Shown here piece after piece: positions 46,874-56,911 of a DNA stretch of 64,000 nt (within the stretch, counting starts at the first letter, position 1; every line of letters starts with the position of its first letter). The notes under the pieces are model-generated. The model saw only the letters and a program-made list of their open reading frames with translations. It had not been told where the DNA came from and did not search any database. This stretch comes from a candidate division WOR_3 bacterium SM23_42. GTDB lineage: Bacteria > Hydrothermota > Tepidihabitantia > SM23-42. The stretch spans positions 3,867-67,866 of the forward strand of contig LJUJ01000002.1 of NCBI GenBank assembly GCA_001303785.1. The letters are read 5' to 3'. A program made the translations under genes and the position numbers.

Positions 46874-49033
46874 TTACTGATTTCTGAGGTCGACGCCTAG
46901 GCGGTCAAACAAAAAAGCGTAGGTGTCTGCATGTTGGGCGATTCGTCGGCTCAGTGCATCTCCCTTGCCGTGGCCAGACCCGGAACTCAATCTCAATAAT
47001 ACATACCCTTCCGAAGTAGTGGCTGCCTGGAGGCGCGCAGTCATCTTTCGTGAATTAGATGCATTGACCCGATAGTCGTTTTCATCGGCGGTCATCAAGA
47101 CATCCGGATAGTGCACGCCATCGACAACATTGTGATAAGGCGAATAAGCATGTAGTGCCTTGAACTGAGCAGGATCTTTGACGGTTCCCCATTCAGTAAT
47201 ATTGAACTCGCCGTTGGGGTCTAACTCTTCCCGAAGCGCATCGTGAACACCTTTATGGGACACGACTGCTCGGAATAGGTCGGGGTGCTGTACCATGACT
47301 GCGCTGACCAGCAACCCACCAGCGCTGCCTCCTCTGATGGCCAGTTTTGAAGGGTTGGTGTAACCCGCATCGATTAGGTACTGGGCGCAAGCAGTAAAAT
47401 CATCGAACGTGTTTTGTTTGTTTGTCATATTGCCAGCCTTGTACCATTCGTCGCCGAATTCACCGCCGCCGCGGGTATTGGCCTCTATATACACACCACC
47501 ATTGTCGAGCCATATGCTGAGTGTGCGGTCGTATCCAGGTGTCATGCTTATCCCGTACGCGCCATACCCGTAGAGAATGGTTGGATTATTACCATTCAAT
47601 TTCATGTCCTTTCGGCGCATGATGTTCATGGGAATTTTCGTACCATCCTTCGAGGTAGCGTACTCCCGAACAACTTCGACATCACTGAAGTCTGCCGGGC
47701 CTGTGACGTATATCGCAGTGCGCAAGGGCTTATCGTGCGAGGGTTCATAGGTGTAATAGGCTGGAGGCGCAAGGTAGCTGGAATTCTTGAAAAGCATTTT
47801 GTCTTCGCCTAGTGACATCATTGCCCAGGCTGACGAGACTGGCATGATCGGTACAAGTTCTTGAGAACCATCGGCAAGATCTAACATGCGGATCTGCGAG
47901 GGACCACCGACAAGATCTCGGATGTAGATTTTACTTTCAGTTGGCAGGAAATCGCGGATAACGGCCTCACCGTCGGTAACGAGAGTAAGACCGTATGGTA
48001 ATTCCGTCTTCCCGGGAGGTAGATAGAGAATTTTCCCATTGGAAGCATCTTTGTGGGATAGAAAATACAGTGCATTATCAGGGCCGAACTTGGCTTTAGT
48101 GATCATATCTGAGAACTGCGTGACCTGCGTCCACTTTCCAGACGGGTCGAGAAGGTAATGCGCATACTCACCTCCGTCGCCGTTGGCCACTATCGCCAGA
48201 ACGTGAGTTTCATCAGGCGATGTTTCGAATTCAACTTCCGCAATCCGCGGGAATTCCTTGCCAATGACATAGGGGTCATCACTGATCGATGTGCCAAGTT
48301 GGTGATAATAAACTTGCTGGTAAAAACGCAAATCTTCAAGGGGTCGTTCGTTGGGGTAAGGATAACGTGTGTAGTAAAAACCCGAACCATCCGCTGTCCA
48401 TGCAACATCACCGCCGGCAGTGGGGCCATTAACACGGGGAATGACGTCAGGTAAAGGCTTGCCCGTGGCAACCTCATAGATGTGGACGTTACCATCTTCT
48501 GTTCCACTTCTGGAGAGTGATACGGCGACCAGTCGCGCATCCGGGGATACGACGTAGAAATCGATTGTTGTAAGACCCGTTGTATCCAATTGATTCACAT
48601 TGAGTATTACCTGTTCGGTACTCAAGTCGTGTAGGGATTCCAATTTAACAAGCAGTGGTTGATCAAGAGGTGGTTGATCCTTGAGTGCGAAAAATTCACC
48701 GCTTTTGTGTTGAAACCAGTAGTATTCTGGCGAGGATTCGTTGTATAATTCGTGCAGTCGTTTGGCGATCGCCTCACGTACAGGAATGTCATCTAACACC
48801 CGGTGAGTATAAGCATCTTGTGCCTCACTCCAGTTGCAGACTGCGGGGTCGTCTCCATTTTCAAGCCAGCGGTAGTTGTCGACGACCTCGACACCATGAT
48901 AAACATCGGTCACGGGTATGATCGGCGTTTCGGGTAACTCAGGTACCTCATCGGCGTAACCATTTATTGCCGAAAAAGCGCCCAGCGCAAGCCCGGTAAT
49001 AATGATTATTAGATTCGAATATCTCCTTTTGAC
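46874..49033 (-). CDS. prolyl oligopeptidase family (S9A) serine peptidase, secreted
   Basis: AAGGAGG RBS then TTG 49033. Signal peptide. Catalytic blocks IRGGSAGGLLV and the C-terminal His region. Confidence 0.8.
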   Translation of the reverse strand, partial: VKRRYSNLIIIITGLALGAFSAINGYADEVPELPETPIIPVTDVYHGVEVVDNYRWLENGDDPAVCNWSEAQDAYTHRVLDDIPVREAIAKRLHELYNESSPEYYWFQHKSGEFFALKDQPPLDQPLLVKLESLHDLSTEQVILNVNQLDTTGLTTIDFYVVSPDARLVAVSLSRSGTEDGNVHIYEVATGKPLPDVIPRVNGPTAGGDVAWTADGSGFYYTRYPYPNERPLEDLRFYQQVYYHQLGTSISDDPYVIGKEFPRIAEVEFETSPDETHVLAIVANGDGGEYAHYLLDPSGKWTQVTQFSDMITKAKFGPDNALYFLSHKDASNGKILYLPPGKTELPYGLTLVTDGEAVIRDFLPTESKIYIRDLVGGPSQIRMLDLADGSQELVPIMPVSSAWAMMSLGEDKMLFKNSSYLAPPAYYTYEPSHDKPLRTAIYVTGPADFSDVEVVREYATSKDGTKIPMNIMRRKDMKLNGNNPTILYGYGAYGISMTPGYDRTLSIWLDNGGVYIEANTRGGGEFGDEWYKAGNMTNKQNTFDDFTACAQYLIDAGYTNPSKLAIRGGSAGGLLVSAVMVQHPDLFRAVVSHKGVHDALREELDPNGEFNITEWGTVKDPAQFKALHAYSPYHNVVDGVHYPDVLMTADENDYRVNASNSRKMTARLQAATTSEGYVLLRLSSGSGHGKGDALSRRIAQHADTYAFLFDRLGVDLRNQ

Positions 49034-49398
49034 CAAGAATGCCTCCTTGATATTGAATTCAAATAGAGGTACTTGCCCCCGTCCGGCATATTTTATCAGA
49101 CAAACAGCCGGTGTCAAGTTGATTGCACCGCAGACAATGCTTAGCGCACATAATATGGAGCACAATATTGAGCAGCATATCAGGATAACAGGATATCGGT
49201 GGGCAGATTATCAGAACATCAGAATACCAGGGAAAATCGTAAAGCGTATCCTGATATGCTGGTACCCTGGTAATCTGATATGCTGCCCCTAGGTAAAGTG
49301 GATTAAGCATCAGAGGTCAATGAATCTCAGAAGAACTTTGCTCTCCGTGAGCAGGCGGGCAACTACATAGCGGCATTTTAGTAAAAGAGCGTACTGCA

Positions 49399-50007
49399 TT
49401 GACATACTCTAATACTCAGGTAGAATTTTGTTGTGAGCATAATAGGTTTATAATCGGGTGTATTGTGACATTTCTTCATGATCCTTTTTTCTGGGCTCTG
49501 GTGAGCATGTTTGCCCTTGTCGGAGGCGGGGTTGTGTTGAGTCATAAAAAGACCGGAAAGCATCAACTTTTCGGTATCATAGTTGTGTTTCTGTTTGTTC
49601 TAGGTCGGGGAATTCTCGTGCTGCCTGGTTGCCCCCAGCCTCGATTTGAAAGCGGTGGCTGGCATTGGTTCGTAGGCGGTATCATCTTTATCGGCGGTCT
49701 CGTTTTCAGCATTCCCGTTTTTTTCATCAAACCACTGACACCGCCGAATGAGCAGATGATGCTTGTAACCACTGGATTTTACAGAATCGTTAGGAATCCA
49801 ATTTACTTAGGCGAAGTTCTGTGGTGTCTCGGCTGGGCTATCATGTTTCGTTCAATAATTGGTGTCGCGCTCGTTCCGCTGTGGTGGTTGGCCTTGCTGC
49901 TCCATACACTCGTTGAAGAGGAAATGCTGAAACGCGCGTTGGGACAACCGTACATCAATTATGCAAAAAAGGTGCGGGGACGTATCATCCCAGGACTGCC
50001 GATATGA
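49399..50007 (+). CDS. ICMT/PEMT-family membrane methyltransferase (start uncertain)
   Basis: RNPIYLGEV...EEEMLKRALGQPYINYAKKV. Confidence 0.55.
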   Translation: MTYSNTQVEFCCEHNRFIIGCIVTFLHDPFFWALVSMFALVGGGVVLSHKKTGKHQLFGIIVVFLFVLGRGILVLPGCPQPRFESGGWHWFVGGIIFIGGLVFSIPVFFIKPLTPPNEQMMLVTTGFYRIVRNPIYLGEVLWCLGWAIMFRSIIGVALVPLWWLALLLHTLVEEEMLKRALGQPYINYAKKVRGRIIPGLPI

Positions 50008-50069
50008 GAACGAAGATCGGCGTGAGGCGTATTGCGTCAGGCATTATGTGTGTGGCCTTTTACATGCCT

Positions 50070-50097
50070 ATTGACATAGTGAGCAATTTGCATATAA
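50070..50097 (+). promoter_or_regulatory. sigma-70 promoter TTGACA-16-TATAAT (csp-like locus)
   Basis: ttgacatagtgagcaatttgcatataat. Confidence 0.6.
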
Positions 50098-50165
50098 TAT
50101 TAGTATAAGAAAGTCATTTAGTTTATTGATGGTTCAGTAGAATACTCATATTCTAGATCCCCTCA

Positions 50166-50360
50166 ATGAATAAAGACTTGAAAGGAGAAAAATGCTTTAC
50201 GGAAAAGATCGAGAAAGAAGACGGAACCGGTGACGTGTTTGTTCACTATGGAGACATAGCGGGCGGCGGTTATCGATCCCTTAATGAAGGCGAAAGAGTT
50301 AAGTTTGAAATAACTCAATCCCCAAAGGGTCCCAAAGCTACTAGTGTCGAACTCGCATAG
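50166..50360 (+). pseudogene. degraded cold-shock protein gene (lacks RNP1 KGFGFI segment)
   Basis: The C-terminal 45 aa are about 75% identical to CspA-family protein 58390..58593. Relative to that copy, a roughly 35-nt net deletion removes the RNP1 motif and shifts the frame of the native ATG. The open frame starts inside the RBS. Confidence 0.5.
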
Positions 50361-50381
50361 TATGCACAGAAGTGCGTAGGA

Positions 50382-50412
50382 GAAAGCCCCCGCAAGGGGG
50401 CTTTCTCATTTT
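50382..50412. terminator. rho-independent terminator (bidirectional, between convergent genes)
   Basis: gaaagcccccGCAAgggggctttc followed by a T-run. The - strand MFS gene ends at 50420. Confidence 0.8.
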
Positions 50413-50419
50413 GGATGAC

Positions 50420-51706
50420 TCAATGTGATAAGCCTCCTAAGTTGATAAGATCCTTATTCTTGATGAAGAGAAACAAAGTAACGAATGCAACAATAATGCC
50501 GCCGATTCTCAGGGCCATTTGAGCGCCAAGATGGTCAGCGATGAATCCTGCCTGCAAACTTCCGAATGGCATCATGCCCATGAAGAAAAGAACGTATAGA
50601 CTCATGATCCTTCCGCGCAGATGATCGGGCGTGATTGTCTGTAGGAGGCTGTTGATTGCAGCATTCTGCATCACCATGCCCCAACCAATGAACAATAAGA
50701 GCATCAGGGAAACGTGGTAGTTACCCGAAAAAGAAAACGACAGAGTGGCAACAATGAGAGTCGTTGTGCCAGCTATTACGAATCTGCCTTTTTTTCGGTA
50801 GTCGCTAAAGAAAGCAAGCGTGAGTGCACCGACCAAGGCACCGACCCCGGCTGAAGCCAGTAGCATGCCCAAACCCTTTGCGCCGACTCTCAGTATGTCA
50901 CGCGCAAAGACAGGCATGAGCATCGCATAGGGCATGATGAAGATGCTCGAAAGAGCCACGAGCGTGATCAAGGCCATGATATTTTTGTCGCGCCGGGCAT
51001 GACTAAAGCCATCCTTGATGTCTCTTACCACATGCGTGTGTTTCTTTTTGACGGGACTGAAGTTGCCCCTCAGCATGAGAAGGCCTGCAATGACTGCCAG
51101 GTAACTTATACCGTTGAGGTAGAAACAGAGGACAATGCCGATCGCACTAATGATCAAGCCGGCCAGGGCAGGACCGAGGATCCGAGCAAGATTGAAAATA
51201 GAGGAATTCAGGGCAATAGCGTTGAGCAGATCCTTCTTGCCGACCATCTCAACTGTGAATGATTGGCGGGTTGGCGCATCAATCGCCATAGTCACGCCTA
51301 ATATCGAGGCGAGCACGACAATATGCCAATACTGCACCTGCTTCGTGAGAACGAGTGTTGCCAAGGCAAAGGCAAGAGCCATAGCGGTGATTTGAGTGGC
51401 GATGACTACGGTCCTCTTGTTGAGATTGTCGGCCAGGGCGCCGCCGAAAGGTGCGACAAACAAGACCGGTAATGTCCCGAGCATCGAGACCAGGCCGAGT
51501 AAAAATGGTGAGTTGGTCATCTGTAGCACCAACCAGCCCCGCGCCACATTTTGCATCCAAGTGCCGACCAGCGAGATCATCTGACCAAACCAGAACAGGC
51601 GGAAGTTATGGTGGTGTAGTGCGGCAATCATTCTCGGGAACCTGCCCGTAGGCTCGGGCATGGTATCGACGCTTGTGAATATTACTCTAGATTCATTCTG
51701 GGACAC
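50420..51706 (-). CDS. MFS transporter (EntS/DHA3-like)
   Basis: Twelve TM helices. N-terminal FRLFWFGQMISLVGTWMQNVARGWLV. Confidence 0.75.
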   Translation of the reverse strand: MSQNESRVIFTSVDTMPEPTGRFPRMIAALHHHNFRLFWFGQMISLVGTWMQNVARGWLVLQMTNSPFLLGLVSMLGTLPVLFVAPFGGALADNLNKRTVVIATQITAMALAFALATLVLTKQVQYWHIVVLASILGVTMAIDAPTRQSFTVEMVGKKDLLNAIALNSSIFNLARILGPALAGLIISAIGIVLCFYLNGISYLAVIAGLLMLRGNFSPVKKKHTHVVRDIKDGFSHARRDKNIMALITLVALSSIFIMPYAMLMPVFARDILRVGAKGLGMLLASAGVGALVGALTLAFFSDYRKKGRFVIAGTTTLIVATLSFSFSGNYHVSLMLLLFIGWGMVMQNAAINSLLQTITPDHLRGRIMSLYVLFFMGMMPFGSLQAGFIADHLGAQMALRIGGIIVAFVTLFLFIKNKDLINLGGLSH

Positions 51707-51764
51707 TCGCTATTATATGTAGTTTCGGCAGAGAATCAATCGGAATTGTTTGATAAACATGATA

Positions 51765-51792
51765 TTGACAAAGTGTCCAATAATTCTAGAAT
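51765..51792 (+). promoter_or_regulatory. sigma-70 promoter TTGACA-16-TAGAAT
   Basis: ttgacaaagtgtccaataattctagaat. Confidence 0.5.
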
Positions 51793-51837
51793 TATTGCAT
51801 TAGTCTATTGGTTTTTATTTGAGAAGGAGAAATGATT

Positions 51838-52545
51838 ATGATGAAGCAACCTAAGGATTTTGTTTGTCAGATATGTGGAAAACCAAAAAAGCGAAGCGAA
51901 GTTATACCTGCGGAACTTGTGCGCGCACCGCTGGTCGCTTTGATCAAGAAGACACATCCTGACTGGTCTTCGGAGGGTTTCATTTGCATCTCGGATCTTA
52001 ATCGATTTCGGTCACAGTACGTTCAGGAAGTGCTTGAGACAGAAAAGGGTGAGCTGTCGGCGCTAGAAAAAAAAGTTATGGAAAGCATTAGAGAAGAGGA
52101 ATTACTATCGAAGAATGTCAACACGGAATTTGAACAAAAGCTGACACTTAATGAACGGATGGCCGATCGCCTTGCTGAGTACGCAGGTAGTTGGCGTTTT
52201 ATTACGGGTTTTTTTGCTGTGCTGGTGGTCTGGATTCTGTTGAATTCATTTTTGTTGATCTTTAGACCGTTCGATCCATATCCTTTTATTCTGCTTAATC
52301 TCGTGCTTTCTTGTCTGGCGGCAATTCAGGCGCCGATCATAATGATGAGCCAGAATCGACAGGAAGCGAAAGACCGTTTGCGCTCGGAACACGACTACGT
52401 TGTAAATCTCAAGGCGGAGTTAGAGATTCGTCACTTGCATGAAAAGATAGATCATCTGCTCATGAACCAGTGGCAGAGGTTGCTCGAGATTCAAGAGATA
52501 CAGATGGAACTAATGGGCGAATTGACACGCAAGCAAGGACATTGA
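51838..52545 (+). CDS. DUF1003-family membrane protein
   Basis: AAGGAGAA RBS. Signature FDPYPFILLNLVLSCLAAIQAPIIMMSQNRQ. Confidence 0.6.
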   Translation: MMKQPKDFVCQICGKPKKRSEVIPAELVRAPLVALIKKTHPDWSSEGFICISDLNRFRSQYVQEVLETEKGELSALEKKVMESIREEELLSKNVNTEFEQKLTLNERMADRLAEYAGSWRFITGFFAVLVVWILLNSFLLIFRPFDPYPFILLNLVLSCLAAIQAPIIMMSQNRQEAKDRLRSEHDYVVNLKAELEIRHLHEKIDHLLMNQWQRLLEIQEIQMELMGELTRKQGH

Positions 52546-52562
52546 AGTCTGGTTGCCAGGAC

Positions 52563-53258
52563 ATGAAGGCTGAAAGGGCATCAACAGATTATTCCAAACT
52601 CATTAGACGTGTGCTTGTAAGGTTCCTGACAGGTGCCGTGGTGATGGGATCGGTATTCTTCGTGTCTGCAGGTACGTTCAGCTACTGGCACGCGTGGATT
52701 TTGATTGCGATATTGTTCATCCCTATGTTCCTTGTCTTACTCTATCTGCTGAAAAACGATCCGACCTTACTCGAGAGACGAATGAAGACTAAAGAAAAGG
52801 AACGACCTCAGAAATTGCTAGTCAGATTTTCGACACTCGCGACTGTTGTGGCATACGTGATACCAGGGTTGGATTATCGATTTAGATGGTCATCGGTGTC
52901 TGTTACGCTCGTTATTATTGCAGACATAGTGATTTTTCTGGCTTATGTTTTGTTCTTTCTTGTGCTAAGAGAGAATTCTTATGCCGCGCGTATCGTTGAA
53001 GTGGAAAAGGGCCAAAAGGTGATTTCTACGGGGCCATATACTTTTGTGAGGCATCCAATGTACGTAGCAGTGCTGGTGTTGTTTCTCTTTAGTCCAATTG
53101 CGCTTGGTTCATTTTGGGCGATGATCGCAATGGTACCGATACCCCCGGTGCTCATCCTTCGAATAAGGAGTGAAGAAAGGCTACTGATGCGAGAGCTCTC
53201 AGGCTACAGGGAATACACGCAGAGAGTGAGGTATCGGTTGTTACCTATGGTGTGGTAA
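52563..53258 (+). CDS. ICMT/PEMT-family membrane methyltransferase
   Basis: VRHPMYVAVLV...SEERLLMRELSGYREYTQRV. The ORF opens at 52470, which overlaps the upstream gene; ATG 52563 is preferred. Confidence 0.55.
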   Translation: MKAERASTDYSKLIRRVLVRFLTGAVVMGSVFFVSAGTFSYWHAWILIAILFIPMFLVLLYLLKNDPTLLERRMKTKEKERPQKLLVRFSTLATVVAYVIPGLDYRFRWSSVSVTLVIIADIVIFLAYVLFFLVLRENSYAARIVEVEKGQKVISTGPYTFVRHPMYVAVLVLFLFSPIALGSFWAMIAMVPIPPVLILRIRSEERLLMRELSGYREYTQRVRYRLLPMVW

Positions 53259-53290
53259 TTTCGTTAAGTAGATATGAGACAAAACCGCCC

Positions 53291-53319
53291 ATTGACCTGG
53301 GCGATTTTGGCTTATATAA
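53291..53319 (+). promoter_or_regulatory. sigma-70 promoter TTGACC-17-TATAAT
   Basis: ttgacctgggcgattttggcttatataat, followed by an AAAAGGAGG RBS. Confidence 0.55.
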
Positions 53320-53342
53320 TGGATCGAAAAGGAGGCAAGGAG

Positions 53343-55483
53343 TGAAGGTAATATGGTTTTTAACGCTTTTTGTATTGGGCTGGTCAAGTGTACTTACAGT
53401 GAATGTGTCAGCGCCGAAGTATGAGTTTCAGGATAACCATCTAGTTGTATCTGATGCTTCTCATATTAATCTAATCGGTGCGCCCGATGTTCCTTCCATG
53501 AACGTAAGGATTGCTCTTCCGCCTGGGGCGATGGTGCAAACCGTTAACTTCCATGGGTTACGTCATGAAATCGGCACGGCGCTAATTCTTCCAGCACAGC
53601 CGCCGTTGCCATTAATGCATGGGGACGCTGCCATTGAGCTACAGAAGAGGTTTGAAAAAAGCTACGAAATGTACTACGAGTCTGACAATGTCTATCCCAG
53701 TGAACACGGAAAGATTCTTTCAACCGGTGGACTGCGTAAGTATACACTCGTGACTGTTGCATGTTATCACTTTGCCTACAATCCACGCTCAAAAATCGTT
53801 TATTATGCACCGAACATAACCGTGGAGGTGCACTATGAGATGCCCGATCCTTTGGGCGGAAGAGCTCGCTACTGGCAGGGCCTAATTGACGACATCACCT
53901 TTGATTACAGAGCTCAGGAATTGATTTACAACTGGGATGAGGCACAAGCCTGGTATCAAACTGATTCACCTCAGCGTGCCAATGGTTATTACATCATCAT
54001 ACCATCCGCCATTCAAAACGCGGCCGATGCCCTCGCTCAGCATCGCCAGGGTCAGGGCTATGATGTACACATTGTGACTAAAGAGTATATCGAGGCAAAC
54101 ATCGTGGGTGATGATATGCCACAGAAATTCAGAAATTATTTGAGGGCGAACATGTTAGATATTGGATATGCACTGTTGGTTGGTTTCTCGGCCGATATGC
54201 CCTGGCGGAATCTTGTTCCGTTTAACGATGACCCTGATAGTCCGTGGGACGACTTAGACTATTCACCCATACCCAGTGATCTTTACCTGGCAGAATTAAC
54301 CGACCCGGATAGTCTTTCGTGGAATAGTGACGGCGACACCTATTACGGTGAGGTCTACGATGCGAATTTCCTGCCGAACGGTGATGACGATCCAGACTAC
54401 CATGCGGACATTCATCTGGGACGCATACCTTATAGTACTCAGAATATCATTGAGGACATTTGTACCAAATTGATTGCCTTTGATACGGATACCGATGTTT
54501 CATACAAAACTGCATCGTTGTTGACCGGTGCTTTGTACTACTATGCAAACGAGAACTATAGTGGTAATGCTCGCATGGACGGTGCGGATTATTGTGAGCA
54601 GCTTCTCATTGATTCAATCCTACCGCGCACAACTGCAACAACGCTCTATGAGAAAGGTGGATTGGCCCCGTGCACTCTGGCGTGTACTGATTCACTCACG
54701 CGCAGCAACCATATCGCATACTGGCAGAATAAGGGTGTCATGTACGAATGCCATCATGGAAATGTCACACTCTACGCGCGTAAACTGTGGGCATGGGACG
54801 ATGGAGATAATGTTCCCGAAACTCCAGAGATCACATGGCCCCCATCACTCATGAGCAGCGATGTGTACCAGCTTGACAACGATCATCCTGCAACCTGTTT
54901 TCTCCGTTCGTGCCTATGCGGAAAACCAGAACAGACCGGTCTTGGCGCCGCACTTCTTTATCGTGGTGCTTCTAGTGTTATCAGCAGTTCGCGTATTTCT
55001 TGGGGGAGTAATGTAGACCCCGGAGGTATTCCATATCATTTCTACGAGAGGCTTCTGCAAGATACGACAATGAGCAATGGTATAATTGGCAATTCATACG
55101 ATATTGCGAGAAACGATTTTATGGACAACACAATGTTCTGGATCCCTGCCTACCATTACAACCTGTTTGGCGACCCGGCGCTCCGACAGTTCGGGCAGCT
55201 CGTGAGCGTCGAAGAAGACAGGATCCAAAAACCGGCGCCTCAATTATCTGTGTTTCCGAATCCGTCACGTGGTATCCTCACAATTGTTCTGCATTCGTCG
55301 TTAGGAAAAAAAGCGAAATTCGACATCTACGATGTATCGGGACGGTTGGTAAAGAGCATGCAGATTGATAGTTCAGAGTCGGAGAACGCTTCGCTGAACA
55401 TGCGGTTGCCGGCCGGCGTGTATTTTGTTACCGGTAGCGATGGAGACAACGTATTTCAAAGAAAAATAGTGATCACAAAATAA
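53343..55483 (+). CDS. gingipain-like cysteine peptidase (C25 family) with T9SS C-terminal sorting domain
   Basis: RBS then GTG 53343. Signal peptide. C25-like core with His (HHGN) and Cys (FLRSCLCG) regions. C-terminal VFPNPSRG...DIYDVSGRLV...GVYFVTG...ITK. Confidence 0.6.
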
Positions 55484-55526
55484 CTTAGTACAGCGATGCA
55501 CAATATAGACTGAGGAGGATTGTAAT

Positions 55527-56450
55527 ATGCCACAGTATACAACCATCAAAGCCAGAAATCCGATCCTTGTGCTAGTCTGGGCTTTTGGTCTGTTTATGCT
55601 GATTCAGGTTTATCAATATCTGGGGGTTCTGTTTTCTTCTATAATGTGCGGTGGTAGCTTTGAGGCGATAATAGAAGGTGAATTTACCAATTCCTGTTGT
55701 GTGTTGTGGAGAGGCATAGCTGCGGCGATTGTCGGTATACCCCTGGCTGTTTTTGTGACCAGATATTTATGGAGAAGAAGCTGGGAGTGGATGCGTCTTC
55801 GGTTCAGTACTAAGCTTTTTGCCTATGGTACGCTACTTGGTTTAATCTTGCCACTGCTCATTATCGCGGTCATTTTCACAATGGGCATGGCAACGGTTGT
55901 GGCAACGCCAGCTAGGTTTTCGGCCATTGAATTGTTTTCAATCATCATTGGAACATTGTTTTTGCTTGGATTCATTGCGCTTGCCGAAGAACTTGTTTTC
56001 AGGGGGATGGCGTTACGCGAGTGGGCACTGAAAATTGGTTGGCCCAGGGCAATAGTGTTGAGCGCCCTATATTTTGGAATTGTACACGTAATCGGGCTTC
56101 TCCCTCGTATTACGACGACGGAGGGAGCATGGATTGTGCTAAGTGGATTAATCGTCGGTGTGCTCCTCGCCGCGATGTATATCAGGAGCAAATCACTCTG
56201 GTTGCCCATAGGCTTCCATTTTGGCTGGAATTTGTGTCTGCAGTTATTTCTCGGTACCACGATAAGCGGCCATGAGGCCAATTTCGGATTGTTTCGTACT
56301 GAACTGTCAGGCCCGGTAATTTTGACCGGCGGCACATTTGGAGTAGAATCATCGGTGATTACTTATGTTATATATATCGCTGTGACTATTCTCTTCTTGA
56401 GCTATGCAAAAAGCGGCCGACCTGAATTATTGGATCCAAGGTCCGAGTGA
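55527..56450 (+). CDS. CPBP-family intramembrane metalloprotease
   Basis: GAGGAGG RBS. Motifs EELVFRGMALREW, FGIVHV, FHFGWN. Confidence 0.7.
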   Translation: MPQYTTIKARNPILVLVWAFGLFMLIQVYQYLGVLFSSIMCGGSFEAIIEGEFTNSCCVLWRGIAAAIVGIPLAVFVTRYLWRRSWEWMRLRFSTKLFAYGTLLGLILPLLIIAVIFTMGMATVVATPARFSAIELFSIIIGTLFLLGFIALAEELVFRGMALREWALKIGWPRAIVLSALYFGIVHVIGLLPRITTTEGAWIVLSGLIVGVLLAAMYIRSKSLWLPIGFHFGWNLCLQLFLGTTISGHEANFGLFRTELSGPVILTGGTFGVESSVITYVIYIAVTILFLSYAKSGRPELLDPRSE

Positions 56451-56911
56451 GTAGCATAACAAAAAAGATGGGATGATGATGGCGTCAAAGATTCAACGTT
56501 CAGCATGTGCAGATTGATTGAAAGTCTACATTACGCTGACCAGTTCTAACTATGTTATAGTAACACGTCAAGCGTTGATGTGGGCAATAGCGAGCACTTG
56601 ACACGGCGTCAGCGAGAGACATAATTATACTGGTAGCCAAGAAGATAATGTTCAGTACGCTAAAGTTGCATTGCTAGCCAGTTAGTATCGTACAAAAGAA
56701 GGTGTACCTTAGCGTTCGCTTTGTTTGTAATAAGACAGTAGAACATTGTGGAGAGGAGGAAAACTTAAATAAAACGATATTCTCTGTTATCTTAATCACC
56801 GCGAGATTGTGTGTATACATTATTGCAGTATGAATATGACAAGCACGAAACCGAAAAACCCAGTTATCATAAGTATTATATTTTTGCAATTGTTGTTGTT
56901 GGAGAAAATTC

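Noticed and set aside
56477-56521. 14-aa ORF MMMASKIQRSACAD between the CPBP protease and the radical SAM/SPASM gene as a RiPP precursor
   Set aside because: It is too short, has no RBS, and nothing marks it as a leader peptide or core region. I mention it in the findings as a candidate only.
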